From contig JAAYOK010000201.1 in the NCBI GenBank assembly GCA_012520355.1, forward strand, positions 1 to 44,714: a stretch of DNA of 44,714 nucleotides, in the 5' to 3' direction. A model generated the notes under the pieces. The model was not told the DNA's origin. It saw nothing but the letters and a program-made list of their open reading frames with translations, and did not search any database. Both the position numbers and the translations under genes were made by a program. This stretch comes from Bacillota bacterium (GTDB taxonomy: Bacteria; Bacillota; Limnochordia; Darwinibacteriales; Darwinibacteriaceae). Below are positions 26,250 to 35,587 of the stretch, in pieces (position 1 is the stretch's first letter; every line of letters starts with the position of its first letter).

Positions 26250-26279
26250 GGTCCCTCCCATCAGGGGGGGACCTTTTTT
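26250..26279 (+). terminator. strong intrinsic terminator between the SBP and permease genes (intra-operon attenuator)
   Basis: 10-bp stem GGTCCCTCCC/GGGGGGGACC (one G-U pair), loop ATCA, then TTTTTT. Only 18 nt separate the T-run from the permease ATG. Confidence 0.8.
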
Positions 26280-26297
26280 CGAAGGAGGACGAAGGCT

Positions 26298-27989
26298 ATG
26301 GCCGTCGCGAAGCTGCGCAAACCCAAGCACCGAGTTGGGGGCACCGGTTGGTGGCAACTGAGGCAAGACCCCGTACTTTTCATTACGTTGATCATTATTA
26401 GCATATCCTTACTGGTCTTTATCGTATATCCCTTGTTCAAAGTGTTTTTGTTGAGTATCCGACCACGTGATGCTTTCACCTTTGATGTCTATCGCGGGAT
26501 TTTTGGCCAATGGTGGCTGCGGCAAAGTCTCTATAACAGTCTACTACTAGGTACCATTACGGCCACAACCTCCACCATCATTGGATTTCTTTTTGCCTTT
26601 GCTTTAAATCGAACGAATATACCCTGGAAGGGGTTCTTTGGTCAGATGGTCCAACTGCCCATGATCTCCCCGCCCTTCATGTTCACCTTGTCGGTGATCT
26701 TACTTTTGGGTCGCAATGGTCTGATTACAAAGGGGATTTTGGGGCTGACCAACTTCTCCATTTACGGCCTCAATGGACTGGTTTTGGTCCAGACCATCAG
26801 CATGTTTCCCATTGCCTTTCTGACCTTAAATGGAGTGATGCAAGGGATCAATCCCGATCTAGAGGAAGGAGCTCTCGATCTAGGTGCTAGTCGTTTTGCC
26901 GTGTTTCGCAGCATTACACTGCCCCTTTCCGTCCCGGGTTTGGCGAGCTCGTGGCTTTTAGTCTTTGTCACATCACTAGCGGACTTTGCCAATCCCATGG
27001 TCTTAGGCGGGACCTTTGATGTTCTCTCGGTCCAGGCCTACCTGCAATTTACCGGAATGTTTAATGCACCCCGGGGAACAGCCCTCGCCATGATGCTCTT
27101 GATTCCCGCTATGGTAGCCTTCTTGGTGCAGCGCTATTGGGTATCAAAGAAATCCTATGTGACTGTGACGGGTAAACCATCGAGCCCGAGGATTTTGGCT
27201 GTCAGTCCCTGGCTCCGTTGGAGTCTCTTTGCCCTTTGTAGCTTAGTCTGTTTGGTGATCTTGGCCTTTTATGGCACTGTGATCATGGGGGCCTTTGTGA
27301 AGACTTGGGGTGTTGATTTCTCCTTTACCCTGGAACACTGGCGCTATGCTTGGGATGTGGGGGTCAATAGTATCAAGTCCACTGTCTTCTTGGCCTTGAT
27401 TGCCACACCGATTACCGGGATTTTGGCCATGATCATAGCTTTTATCTTGGTTCGCAAGCACTTCCCTGGGAAGAAACTCTTAGGGCTCACATCCATGTTG
27501 GCCTTTGCAGTACCAGGAACGGTGGTTGGTATTGGCTATATTCTCGCCTTCAATGAACCGCCCTTTATCCTAAGTGGTACCGCAGCCATCATTGTGCTTT
27601 GTTTTGTCTTTCGGGAGGTACCGGTTGGGATTGAATCGGGGGTCGCTTCACTGATCCAAATTGATCGGTCGATTGAAGAGGCGTCTACGAACTTAGGGGC
27701 TTCTACGGGCTACACCTTCTCCCGGATTACGTTGCCACTGATTCGGCCGGCTTTTCTGGCAGGACTCTTCTTTGCCTTTACTCGGTCCATGACCGCGGTC
27801 AGTGCCATTATTTTCTTGGTGTCAGCTCGCTGGCATCACCTGACTGTTCTGATTCTGTCCCAAACAGAAATTATGCGCCTTGGTGCAGCTAGTGTTTTGA
27901 GCCTGATCTTGATCATTATTGTCCTAGGCGCTTTCGCCATTATGCGTCTTGTGGTGAGGGACACCACAACGAGGCAGCTGCCAAGATAA
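26298..27989 (+). CDS. ABC transporter permease, fused double-domain (FbpB/iron(III) type)
   Basis: 563 aa, ~12 TM, with two EAA-like loops (EGALDLGASRFAVFRSITLPL and EEASTNLGASTGYTFSRITLPL). Confidence 0.85.
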   Translation: MAVAKLRKPKHRVGGTGWWQLRQDPVLFITLIIISISLLVFIVYPLFKVFLLSIRPRDAFTFDVYRGIFGQWWLRQSLYNSLLLGTITATTSTIIGFLFAFALNRTNIPWKGFFGQMVQLPMISPPFMFTLSVILLLGRNGLITKGILGLTNFSIYGLNGLVLVQTISMFPIAFLTLNGVMQGINPDLEEGALDLGASRFAVFRSITLPLSVPGLASSWLLVFVTSLADFANPMVLGGTFDVLSVQAYLQFTGMFNAPRGTALAMMLLIPAMVAFLVQRYWVSKKSYVTVTGKPSSPRILAVSPWLRWSLFALCSLVCLVILAFYGTVIMGAFVKTWGVDFSFTLEHWRYAWDVGVNSIKSTVFLALIATPITGILAMIIAFILVRKHFPGKKLLGLTSMLAFAVPGTVVGIGYILAFNEPPFILSGTAAIIVLCFVFREVPVGIESGVASLIQIDRSIEEASTNLGASTGYTFSRITLPLIRPAFLAGLFFAFTRSMTAVSAIIFLVSARWHHLTVLILSQTEIMRLGAASVLSLILIIIVLGAFAIMRLVVRDTTTRQLPR

Positions 27990-28003
27990 GGGAGGATTTA
28001 GCA

Positions 28004-29074
28004 ATGTGTGCACAAAGAGTGGAACTCCGCCAATTAGTTAAAATATTTCCTGCACCCGGTGGTAGTGAAGTGCGGGCTGTAGATGGAATTGATTTAGTGA
28101 TTGAACCAGGTCAAATGGTTACATTTCTGGGCCCCTCTGGTTGCGGTAAGACCACCACACTACGGATGGTGGCTGGTTTTGAGATGCCCACTGCCGGCGA
28201 AATTCGCATCGGGAATGAAGATGTATCCACCAAGGCTCCCAATGAAAGGGATACAGCCATGGTGTTTCAGAGCTATGCCTTGTTTCCCCATATGACGGTG
28301 GAAGAGAATATTGGTTATGGTCTGCGTTTTCGCAAAGTGAGCAGGAAGGAATCGCAGGAACGGGTGGAGCGGATCATGTCCCTTGTAGGTTTAGAGGGTA
28401 TGCAGAGGCGAGCCCCCGGTCAACTCTCAGGGGGTCAGCAACAGAGGGTGGCACTGGCCAGGGCCTTGGTTGTAGAACCCCAGGTACTGCTCTTCGATGA
28501 ACCCTTGTCGAATCTCGATGCCAAGCTCAGGGAGCAGATGCGGGAAGAAATTCGCCGGGTGCAGCAGAGACTAAAAATCACAGCCATCTATGTAACCCAT
28601 GATCAAAGTGAGGCCATGGCCCTTTCGGATAAAATCGTCGTGATGCACCAGGGGAAGATCGAACAAGTGGGTTCACCCCAGGAGATCTACCAGCGTCCCG
28701 CCAGCAAGTTTGTGGCGGACTTCATCGGTAAGGTCAATTTCGTACCCTGTCAGGTTGTGAAACGACAAGACCAGGAGACAGTGGTAGAAGCCTTTGGTCA
28801 GAGTTTTACTATCTATAATGTTCCTCGGCTTGATGGCGAAGCGGTCTTGGTGGTACGACCAGAGGCTATGTCTCTTAGTTCTGGTGAAGGGATCCCTGTA
28901 CGGGTTGAGAGCACGGTCTATCTCGGTTCCGCCATGGAGTACAGAGTGGTCTTACCCAATGGCGAGCGGGTTACGATCAATGAGAGTAATCCGAATTTGA
29001 GTAAGCTCTTCAGCCCAGATACAGAAGCCTTTTTACAGCTTGATCCCCATGCGTCGCATCTTTTACCAGCATAA
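28004..29074 (+). CDS. ABC transporter ATP-binding protein (FbpC/PotA type with C-terminal TOBE-like domain)
   Basis: Walker A GPSGCGKTT, signature LSGGQQQR, Walker B LLFDEPLSNLD, plus a ~110-aa C-terminal regulatory domain. Confidence 0.9.
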   Translation: MCAQRVELRQLVKIFPAPGGSEVRAVDGIDLVIEPGQMVTFLGPSGCGKTTTLRMVAGFEMPTAGEIRIGNEDVSTKAPNERDTAMVFQSYALFPHMTVEENIGYGLRFRKVSRKESQERVERIMSLVGLEGMQRRAPGQLSGGQQQRVALARALVVEPQVLLFDEPLSNLDAKLREQMREEIRRVQQRLKITAIYVTHDQSEAMALSDKIVVMHQGKIEQVGSPQEIYQRPASKFVADFIGKVNFVPCQVVKRQDQETVVEAFGQSFTIYNVPRLDGEAVLVVRPEAMSLSSGEGIPVRVESTVYLGSAMEYRVVLPNGERVTINESNPNLSKLFSPDTEAFLQLDPHASHLLPA

Positions 29075-29127
29075 AGGATCGGCATACCATCAGTCTTTCT
29101 GCCATGGAGAATCACCTTAGATAGACG

Positions 29128-29164
29128 AAGTCCCTGAGCATCGAAGAGTGGAGCTCAGGGACTT
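29128..29164. terminator. 12-bp hairpin between the convergent ABC ATPase and hydrolase genes
   Basis: AAGTCCCTGAGC/GCTCAGGGACTT with a 13-nt loop. A T7 run occurs 16 nt further on (29181-29187), so the U-tract is not adjacent. Confidence 0.5.
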
Positions 29165-29185
29165 ATACTGCCCCTACGGGTTTTT

Positions 29186-30103
29186 TTAACCTTCTACCTG
29201 TTCTTGCAGCCAGCGGAAAATGTCCTTCATCACTTCGTCTCGATTTGTTTCATGTAAAAGTTCATGTCTTGCCCCAGGATAGAGGATCATCTCCAGCTTG
29301 TTGAGGCCAAGGGTTCTCAGTTGGCCCACAAACTCGGCCACGCCGCGACCATAACCGCCAACGGGATCTCCATCACCACTCACAACTAAGAGTGGGAGGT
29401 CCTTGGGTATCTGGTCAATGAAGGCCGGATTATGGATCATGTCGAGCCCAGTAAAGAGGTCCATAAAGAAACTGCAACTACACACAAAACCACAATAGGG
29501 ATCCTCCATGTATTTTTGCACTTCTTGGGGGTCCCGTGTGAGCCAGTCGAATTTCGTCTGGGCTTGTTCAATACCCCGATTATAGAGGCCGAAGGCCATG
29601 CTGTCCAGGATCTTGGAGGGTCTCGCTGGATCGGATCGCATCTGGAGGCGGGCGATCAATTTGCCAAGTTTGATGGCGAAACCAGGATGGCCTCCCGAAC
29701 CCATTAGGATAGCTCCATCGAGCATATCTCCATACTTTTGCAGGAAACGCCGCGTCAGGAACGAACCTAGACTATGTCCTAAAAGGAAGGTGGGAAGGTC
29801 CGGATACTCCTCCTGGATCCAGTCCTGAATCTGGGCGAGATCATCCACCACACGATCAAAGCCGTCTTGCTCGGCAAAATAGCCTAAGACACCAGAGATA
29901 TCCGCAGTTTTCCCATGTCCCCGGTGATCACTTCCGATCACCACAAACCCCCGCCGGTTACAAGCCCGAGCGAAGCTGTCATACCGTGCACTATGTTCAG
30001 CCATTCCATGGGCCAGTTGCAAAACCCCTTTGGGACTTCGTACTTGATCCCATTTCCGCAGGAAAATTTGAGCCCCATCATCCATGTTCAGATACATGGC
30101 CAT
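29186..30103 (-). CDS. alpha/beta hydrolase, lysophospholipase/monoacylglycerol-lipase-like
   Basis: 305 aa with an HGMAEHSARY oxyanion region, the GHSLGS nucleophile elbow, and a C-terminal His (ARHELLHE). Confidence 0.8.
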   Translation of the reverse strand: MAMYLNMDDGAQIFLRKWDQVRSPKGVLQLAHGMAEHSARYDSFARACNRRGFVVIGSDHRGHGKTADISGVLGYFAEQDGFDRVVDDLAQIQDWIQEEYPDLPTFLLGHSLGSFLTRRFLQKYGDMLDGAILMGSGGHPGFAIKLGKLIARLQMRSDPARPSKILDSMAFGLYNRGIEQAQTKFDWLTRDPQEVQKYMEDPYCGFVCSCSFFMDLFTGLDMIHNPAFIDQIPKDLPLLVVSGDGDPVGGYGRGVAEFVGQLRTLGLNKLEMILYPGARHELLHETNRDEVMKDIFRWLQEQVEG

Positions 30104-30284
30104 CCCCCTTGTACTTCTCTTCCACTGGACACTTCAAGATCGGTTGGCATTGTCCTTCGTTTTTCCCTCAAATATTGTCATTCTAAGCAAAGGATCTGGT
30201 TCGTCTACGTCGAAATGTGTCTTGCCATATAGATACATTTTAAGGTCTAATTTTGCAGATAAGATACGATGTCCCAGGACGCGA

Positions 30285-30316
30285 AAAGACGCTAGGCGAC
30301 AGTGCTTAGCGTCTTT
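30285..30316 (-). terminator. hairpin terminator downstream of the thioredoxin-like gene
   Basis: 10-bp stem AAAGACGCTA/TAGCGTCTTT with a 12-nt loop, 9 nt after the stop on the minus strand. Confidence 0.55.
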
Positions 30317-30324
30317 CTGAAGGT

Positions 30325-30903
30325 CTAAACGAGATCGCAGGCCTCCACGGGCATCCAATGTGGATCCATCCCATCCCATTTGACATTACAGCCAACGGGG
30401 TTGGTGAGGGGCGTTGTGATGGGCTTGCCAGCCACTAACTCTTCTAACGCCTGCTCCAAGTCAAACGAGGTAATCTTTTCTGGCTCCCGGGGACTATCCA
30501 CACCTCGGCTGGTGTACACTAATTTGCGCTCTTGATCGAAGACAAAGAAGTGTGGTGTGCGCAGGGCACCATAGGCTTTAGCCACATCTTGGGTGGCATC
30601 ATGGAGGTAGGTCCAGGGAAACTGATGCTCTTCCATCCGTTTGATCATATTTTCATAGGAGTCCTCTTCGTAGGTATTGGGACTATTGGAGTTAATGCCT
30701 ACAAAACTGACACCTTGCTTCTGGAAGGTTTCCACCGTTTTACGGGTGAGTTCATCGGAGTTAATGACGTAGGGACAATGGTTACAGGTGAAGAAAACCA
30801 CCAGATAGGGACGGTCAAAATCCTGTAGACTGTAATGTTTACCATCGGTTGCAAGCAAAGAAAAATCTGGAGCTTTGCTCCCAAGCGGTAGGGTAAATGA
30901 CAT
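30325..30903 (-). CDS. thioredoxin-fold (AhpC/TSA-redoxin-like) protein with CxxC
   Basis: [16 protein letters not shown]...[12 protein letters not shown] redox motif and a C-terminal GCNVKW extension. AAGGAGG RBS before ATG 30903. Confidence 0.8.
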   Translation of the reverse strand: MSFTLPLGSKAPDFSLLATDGKHYSLQDFDRPYLVVFFTCNHCPYVINSDELTRKTVETFQKQGVSFVGINSNSPNTYEEDSYENMIKRMEEHQFPWTYLHDATQDVAKAYGALRTPHFFVFDQERKLVYTSRGVDSPREPEKITSFDLEQALEELVAGKPITTPLTNPVGCNVKWDGMDPHWMPVEACDLV

Positions 30904-31034
30904 AATCTCAACCTCCTTTCCCTCTGATTCCATGAAGGGAATGGATTTCCTGCCAAAAGGCGGCGGATAATTTCAGAAGGTTATGGGTGGCAGATGCAGA
31001 AGTTGATCAGGAATGTATTTTTTGGAGGTAGTGT

Positions 31035-31760
31035 ATGAATCGCTTTAAACTCATTGCACTTGATATGGATGGTACGCTCTTGAATCGGGAACAAAAGATT
31101 TCAGAGCAAAACCTCCATTGGATAAAAAAGGCGGAGGAAGCGGGTTTGATCGTCTCCTATGCCACCGGCCGGGGACGTGAGTCCTCAGAGCCCTATTGGG
31201 GAGCACTTTCTCCCCAGGCCCCCATGGTACTATCAAATGGGGCAGAGATTTGGAAAAACCACTCGGAGCTCTTGGCCCGCTACACCTTGCCAGGGGAACA
31301 GGTCCCCCGCCTGATCAACTTGGCTCGGGAGCACGGTGCCAAGTATTGGACCCTGGGGAACTGTTCCGATGACCCGAATCAAGTCGGTAGCCAGTGCCTA
31401 AAGGTAGGGATGTACCACGAAGACAAAGAAGTCATAAACAAGCTACGGGCGTTGGTCCGAAGCTGGGATCTAGTGGAGGTTTCTGCTTCGGCACCTACTA
31501 ATATGGAAATGAACCGCAAGGGAGTCACCAAGGCCGCTGGTCTAGCTCAAGTGACTGAACTTCTGGGGATTAAACCCAGTGAAGTGGTGGCCGTTGGTGA
31601 CAGCCTCAACGATCTGGCCATGATCAAGTGGGCGGGCTTCGGTGTAGCCATGGGCAATGCCGAAGAACCAATCAAAGCCGCAGCCGACTGGATTACCGCC
31701 AGCAACGAAGAAGATGGGGTAGCTCAAGTGATCCAGTTAATCCTCAAAGAGGTAGGCTAG
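31035..31760 (+). CDS. Cof-type HAD-IIB family phosphatase
   Basis: [11 protein letters not shown] (motif I), SYATGR (motif II), and GDSLNDLAM (motif IV). Confidence 0.85.
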   Translation: MNRFKLIALDMDGTLLNREQKISEQNLHWIKKAEEAGLIVSYATGRGRESSEPYWGALSPQAPMVLSNGAEIWKNHSELLARYTLPGEQVPRLINLAREHGAKYWTLGNCSDDPNQVGSQCLKVGMYHEDKEVINKLRALVRSWDLVEVSASAPTNMEMNRKGVTKAAGLAQVTELLGIKPSEVVAVGDSLNDLAMIKWAGFGVAMGNAEEPIKAAADWITASNEEDGVAQVIQLILKEVG

Positions 31761-32183
31761 GTGGCCATACCCTTCCCCGGCCAATTCTTCCCGGGGAATG
31801 AAGCGTAGTGCGGCGCTGTTGATACAGTAGCGCAGGCCCCCTTTGTCTTTTGGTCCATCGGTAAAGACATGTCCTAGATGGGAATCGGCCTCGTTACTAC
31901 GGACTTCGGTGCGGACCATCCCGTGGGATCGGTCTTTGGCGAAGCTGACTCCCTTTTGCTGAATGGGTTCGGTGAAGCTTGGCCAGCCACAACCTGCATC
32001 GTATTGATGGGTTGAGGAAAAGAGAGGTTCCCCTGAAACCACGTCTACGTAGATGCCGGCCCTTGTGTTATCCTAATAGGCGTTTCTAAAGGGTGGTTCT
32101 GTTCCGTTTTCTTGGGTGACGTGAAACTGCATTTCTGTCAATTTTTCCCGTAACTCATCCCGTGAAGGTTTTCCTTTCACCAT
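31737..32183 (-). pseudogene. msrB: peptide-methionine (R)-S-oxide reductase MsrB interrupted by an in-frame TAG (Trp codon position)
   Basis: Reading from ATG 32183 (GAGGTG RBS) gives ...[18 protein letters not shown](32073-32075)[18 protein letters not shown]...GCGWPSF...RYCINS. Homologues have YWD at this position. The track shows only the 101-aa tail. Confidence 0.75.
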
Positions 32184-32230
32184 GATCACCTCTCGATCTA
32201 TCTTACCACAGTTGGATAAGGAGTAGTTGC

Positions 32231-33253
32231 ATGAAGATTACCATGGCGGAGTTGGCCCAAAAGTGTGGTTACTCCAAGGCGACAGTATCTAGGGCTCTCG
32301 CGGATGATCCCCGGGTCAAACCCGAGACGAAGGAACTGATTTTAGCAATGGCCGAGGAGTATAATTATCGGCCCCATATGGTGGCCAGTAACTTGGCCAG
32401 ACGTCGAACGAAGACAATTGGCCTCTTGTTTCCCCGAGCACCTCGGACCATTGCGGATCCCTTTTTCCTCGAATATCTGCAGGGCGTGAGTGAAACACTC
32501 TTTGAAGAAGGCTTTAGCTTATTGATTCCTCAGGTGAAAAAGAAAAGGGGAACCGAAACCATCGCCCAGCTCGTAGCCCATAGCAGGGTGGACGGAATTA
32601 TTTTAACCGAGCCCCAGTTGGAAGATGAGCGGATTCGCTTGCTGAGAGAATCGGGTGTCCCCTTTGTCTTTTTGGGCAGCACCATGGATCCTGAAGTCTC
32701 CTGGGTCGACGGAGATAACCGGGGAGGGGCCTTAGCGGCGGTGCGGGCTTTAGGTTCCCTCGGTCACCGGCGCATTGCCGTGATCACGGGCGATCCAGGC
32801 TTGGTGTCCACAGAAAAAAGGCTGGCTGGCTATTTCGATGGCTTGGCCGCTCTGGGGATTGAACCCCAGTCTGATTTAGTCTGGCAGGGAGATTTCACTC
32901 GCCAGGGAGGCTATGATGCAGTCCGCAACCATATGGAACAAGTGCGAAGGGGAAAGGTTACCGCCATTTTCGCCTGTAATGATCTCATGGCCATCGGTGG
33001 TATTCAGGCCTTGAAAGAGGCAGGGTTTGCCATTCCAGCCCAGATCTCCATTATGGGTTTCGATGGAATTGAAGTAGGGCAGTTCCTCTATCCTCCCCTC
33101 ACCACGGTTCAGCAGCCTGTTTTTCGCTTAGGCCAAGAAGTTGCCCGGGTGCTCCTTGCCCAGATTGAGGATCCGAAAAAACCCGTGCAAATGACCCTTC
33201 CGGTGCAGATGATTAATGAGACAAACACCATCGGACCAGCTCCTAAGGGATAA
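32231..33253 (+). CDS. LacI family transcriptional regulator
   Basis: N-terminal [24 protein letters not shown] and a periplasmic-binding-protein-like effector domain. Confidence 0.9.
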   Translation: MKITMAELAQKCGYSKATVSRALADDPRVKPETKELILAMAEEYNYRPHMVASNLARRRTKTIGLLFPRAPRTIADPFFLEYLQGVSETLFEEGFSLLIPQVKKKRGTETIAQLVAHSRVDGIILTEPQLEDERIRLLRESGVPFVFLGSTMDPEVSWVDGDNRGGALAAVRALGSLGHRRIAVITGDPGLVSTEKRLAGYFDGLAALGIEPQSDLVWQGDFTRQGGYDAVRNHMEQVRRGKVTAIFACNDLMAIGGIQALKEAGFAIPAQISIMGFDGIEVGQFLYPPLTTVQQPVFRLGQEVARVLLAQIEDPKKPVQMTLPVQMINETNTIGPAPKG

Positions 33254-33335
33254 TTGTGCTGCGACAGTAAGAAAAAGACATCTAGACACGAATGCTATGA
33301 TGGATAGAGAAAAGGGAACAATTGGAGGGATTGAC

Positions 33336-33719
33336 ATGCGCAGAGCGATGCGATTGGTCCTTGTGCTGGCCATAGCCATGGTTTTGACGGGTTGTCAAGG
33401 GAGGTTTGTCCTCAATTTGGATCTGCCCATCGTGGTCGAGCCGGCCAGGCCGCCATACCGGGCCGAGACTTGGGGTTACCTCTCCTATAATCCAAGGGAC
33501 CATCACATAGTCTACACGATTGGCCGAAATTCCCACCGGAGCTATCAGCCCTTACGGGATGCCAAGGTGACAATTGTCGGAACTGGACTAACAGTACATA
33601 CGGATCATGCTGGTTATTTTTACCTCAGTGGGGTACCCCATGGGCGATTGACCCTCTTAGTACAGCACAGACGGGTTGGGCCTTCGAATGGAGTCTATAT
33701 TCAAACGACCTCTAGGTAA
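33336..33719 (+). CDS. lipoprotein with carboxypeptidase-regulatory-like beta-sandwich motif
   Basis: MRRAMRLVLVLAIAMVLTGC lipobox, and VTIVGTGLTVHTDHAGYFYLSGVPHGRLTL resembling a CarboxypepD_reg domain. GGAGGG RBS. Confidence 0.65.
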   Translation: MRRAMRLVLVLAIAMVLTGCQGRFVLNLDLPIVVEPARPPYRAETWGYLSYNPRDHHIVYTIGRNSHRSYQPLRDAKVTIVGTGLTVHTDHAGYFYLSGVPHGRLTLLVQHRRVGPSNGVYIQTTSR

Positions 33720-33732
33720 AGAATTAGGCGAT

Positions 33733-33770
33733 AAAGTAGGCCGTTGCAACTTGTGCAACGGCCTACTTTT
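33733..33770. terminator. bidirectional intrinsic terminator (lipoprotein gene / SASP gene)
   Basis: Perfect 16-bp stem AAAGTAGGCCGTTGCA/TGCAACGGCCTACTTT with a 5-nt loop, an A-run on the left and a T-run on the right. Confidence 0.85.
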
Positions 33771-33959
33771 CTAGCCAGGCCCGCTCCCCTGCTTACTCAT
33801 GAGCTTCTCAGCACGCTCAATGGCAGCCCTTACTAGGGAACCGGCCTCTCGGGTGGTGATGTTTCCCCAATCCCCGTCTTTCACTTTGTGCGAAAAACCG
33901 AGTTCATCGGCGAGCTCGTATTTCAGTCGCTCCGACATGATACCTCGACGACGCTTCAT
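33771..33959 (-). CDS. alpha/beta-type small acid-soluble spore protein
   Basis: LKYELADELGF...TTREAGSLVRAAIERAE matches the two conserved SASP blocks (KxEIAxEFGV and GGxITKRLVxxAE). Start ATG 33959 (GGGAG RBS). The alternative ATG 33938 is also possible. Confidence 0.7.
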   Translation of the reverse strand: MKRRRGIMSERLKYELADELGFSHKVKDGDWGNITTREAGSLVRAAIERAEKLMSKQGSGPG

Positions 33960-33979
33960 TTGGCCATCACTCCCACTTC

Positions 33980-34008
33980 TAGTTTGTCCTCTGGGGTGTC
34001 GAATATGC
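33980..34008 (-). promoter_or_regulatory. forespore sigma-G/F-like promoter of the SASP gene
   Basis: On the minus strand, GCATA (34008-34004), a 17-nt spacer, then CAAACTA (33986-33980). Compare the sigma-G consensus GHATR-N17/18-CATxxTA. Confidence 0.5.
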
Positions 34009-34108
34009 AAAGTGTCAGGAGGAAACATGTGTCGCCTTGGGGAATTAGTTCGTAGACGAGTAAACTAGCAAGTTTTTCGCACAAAATAGATTAGAGAAGG
34101 ACGATTGA

Positions 34109-35581
34109 ATGGAACAAATTGAAGATACGTATGAACAGCAGACGACAGAAAAAAAGCAACACCGTCTAGCTTTAGACTTAGTTGAAACGGGGCAAGGCAA
34201 CATCTCTGAGGGAAGGGTCAGCAAACATCTGCCCCAGGGCATCACCTCTTCTATGCTCTATTCCGATGTGGTCCGGCTCGCCTGGCCCTCACTTTTGGAA
34301 CTCACCTTGACCCAATTAACCTCCATGGTGGATCTGATGATGGTGGGCGGACTCGGGGCCTGGGCCATCACTGCCGTTGGTCTCACGACCCAACCCAAAT
34401 TTCTTTTGATGACGATGTTTATTGCCATGAACGTAGGTGCTACAGCCATGGTCGCCCGCTACAAGGGAGCTGGGGAACACAAAAAGGCCAACGAGATCTT
34501 ACGTCAGGCCTTATTTTTGACCTTCGGCCTGTCCCTCATAGGCTCCATTCTTGGTTACCTCTTTTCTGAAACCATGGTGCGCTTTATGGGAGCGGCGGAC
34601 CCAGAGACCTTAGCTGGTGGAACAGTGTATTTGAAGATCCAGATGATTGGTCTGGTTCCCCTAGCCCTCACATCGACCTTCACAGCTACACTCCGGGGGG
34701 TAGGACATACCAGGGTGGCCATGTACTATAATCTGGCGGCGAACTTGGTGAACGTCGTGCTTAATTATGTGCTCATTAATGGGCACTTTGGTTTCCCTCG
34801 CCTAGAGTTGGCTGGTGCGTCCTTGGCCACCATCATTGGACAACTGGTGGCCTTCGTCATGGCCTTGCGAGTTGTCCTAAAGGGCGATCATTATCTTCAT
34901 CTTCGCCTCAAAGAAGGCTTTAAGCTTCAGGGGCAACATGTGCGCAATATTGTCCAAATCGGTATTCCCTCCATGCTGGAGCAGCTTGCCATGCGTACTG
35001 GGGTTATTGTTTATGCTAGAACAGTGGCATCCTTAGGTACAGTGGTCTACGCCACCCATCAAGTGGCCATGAATATTCAAGCCATGTCCTTTATGACCGG
35101 ACAAGCCTTTGCGGTTTCCGCCACCTCCTTGGTGGGTCAGAGTTTGGGTAAGAAACGCCCAGATATGGCCCAAAGCTATAGTAACCATACTAGGCGCGTT
35201 GGCATGGTCGTCTCCCTAGTCTTAGCGGCGGTTTTCTTTTTTTTTGGCCGACAAGTGGTCAGTCTCTATACCGACGATACGGCCATTATTGAACAAGGGA
35301 CCCGTATTTTGAAACTGGTCGCCTTGGTCCAGCCCTTCCAATCGTCCCAGTTTATTCTAGCCGGTGCTCTCCGTGGTGCAGGGGATACAAGGGCCACCAT
35401 GGTCATCACGTTTCTCACTGTGATGCTGGTCCGTCCGATCTTGGCCATTGTCTTAATTAATCATTTTAACTGGGGTCTCGATGGGGCTTGGATCGCTTTG
35501 GTGACTGATCAGGTCTTACGCAGTGGTCTCGTGCTCCTTCGTTACCGATCGGGTAAATGGAAAAAAGTTAGGATAAAGTGA
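34109..35581 (+). CDS. MATE family efflux transporter
   Basis: 490 aa, 12-TM profile with typical MATE repeats (PSLLELTLTQL..., GDTRATMVI). Confidence 0.85.
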   Translation: MEQIEDTYEQQTTEKKQHRLALDLVETGQGNISEGRVSKHLPQGITSSMLYSDVVRLAWPSLLELTLTQLTSMVDLMMVGGLGAWAITAVGLTTQPKFLLMTMFIAMNVGATAMVARYKGAGEHKKANEILRQALFLTFGLSLIGSILGYLFSETMVRFMGAADPETLAGGTVYLKIQMIGLVPLALTSTFTATLRGVGHTRVAMYYNLAANLVNVVLNYVLINGHFGFPRLELAGASLATIIGQLVAFVMALRVVLKGDHYLHLRLKEGFKLQGQHVRNIVQIGIPSMLEQLAMRTGVIVYARTVASLGTVVYATHQVAMNIQAMSFMTGQAFAVSATSLVGQSLGKKRPDMAQSYSNHTRRVGMVVSLVLAAVFFFFGRQVVSLYTDDTAIIEQGTRILKLVALVQPFQSSQFILAGALRGAGDTRATMVITFLTVMLVRPILAIVLINHFNWGLDGAWIALVTDQVLRSGLVLLRYRSGKWKKVRIK

Positions 35582-35587
35582 GGGCAT

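Noticed and set aside
32073-32075. TAG in msrB as pyrrolysine or programmed read-through.
   Set aside because: The conserved residue at this position is Trp, not Lys or Pyl. TAG also serves as the ordinary stop codon of several neighbouring genes (DUF1015, the COG2403 protein, rocD, DUF1858). A point mutation or sequencing error is more parsimonious.
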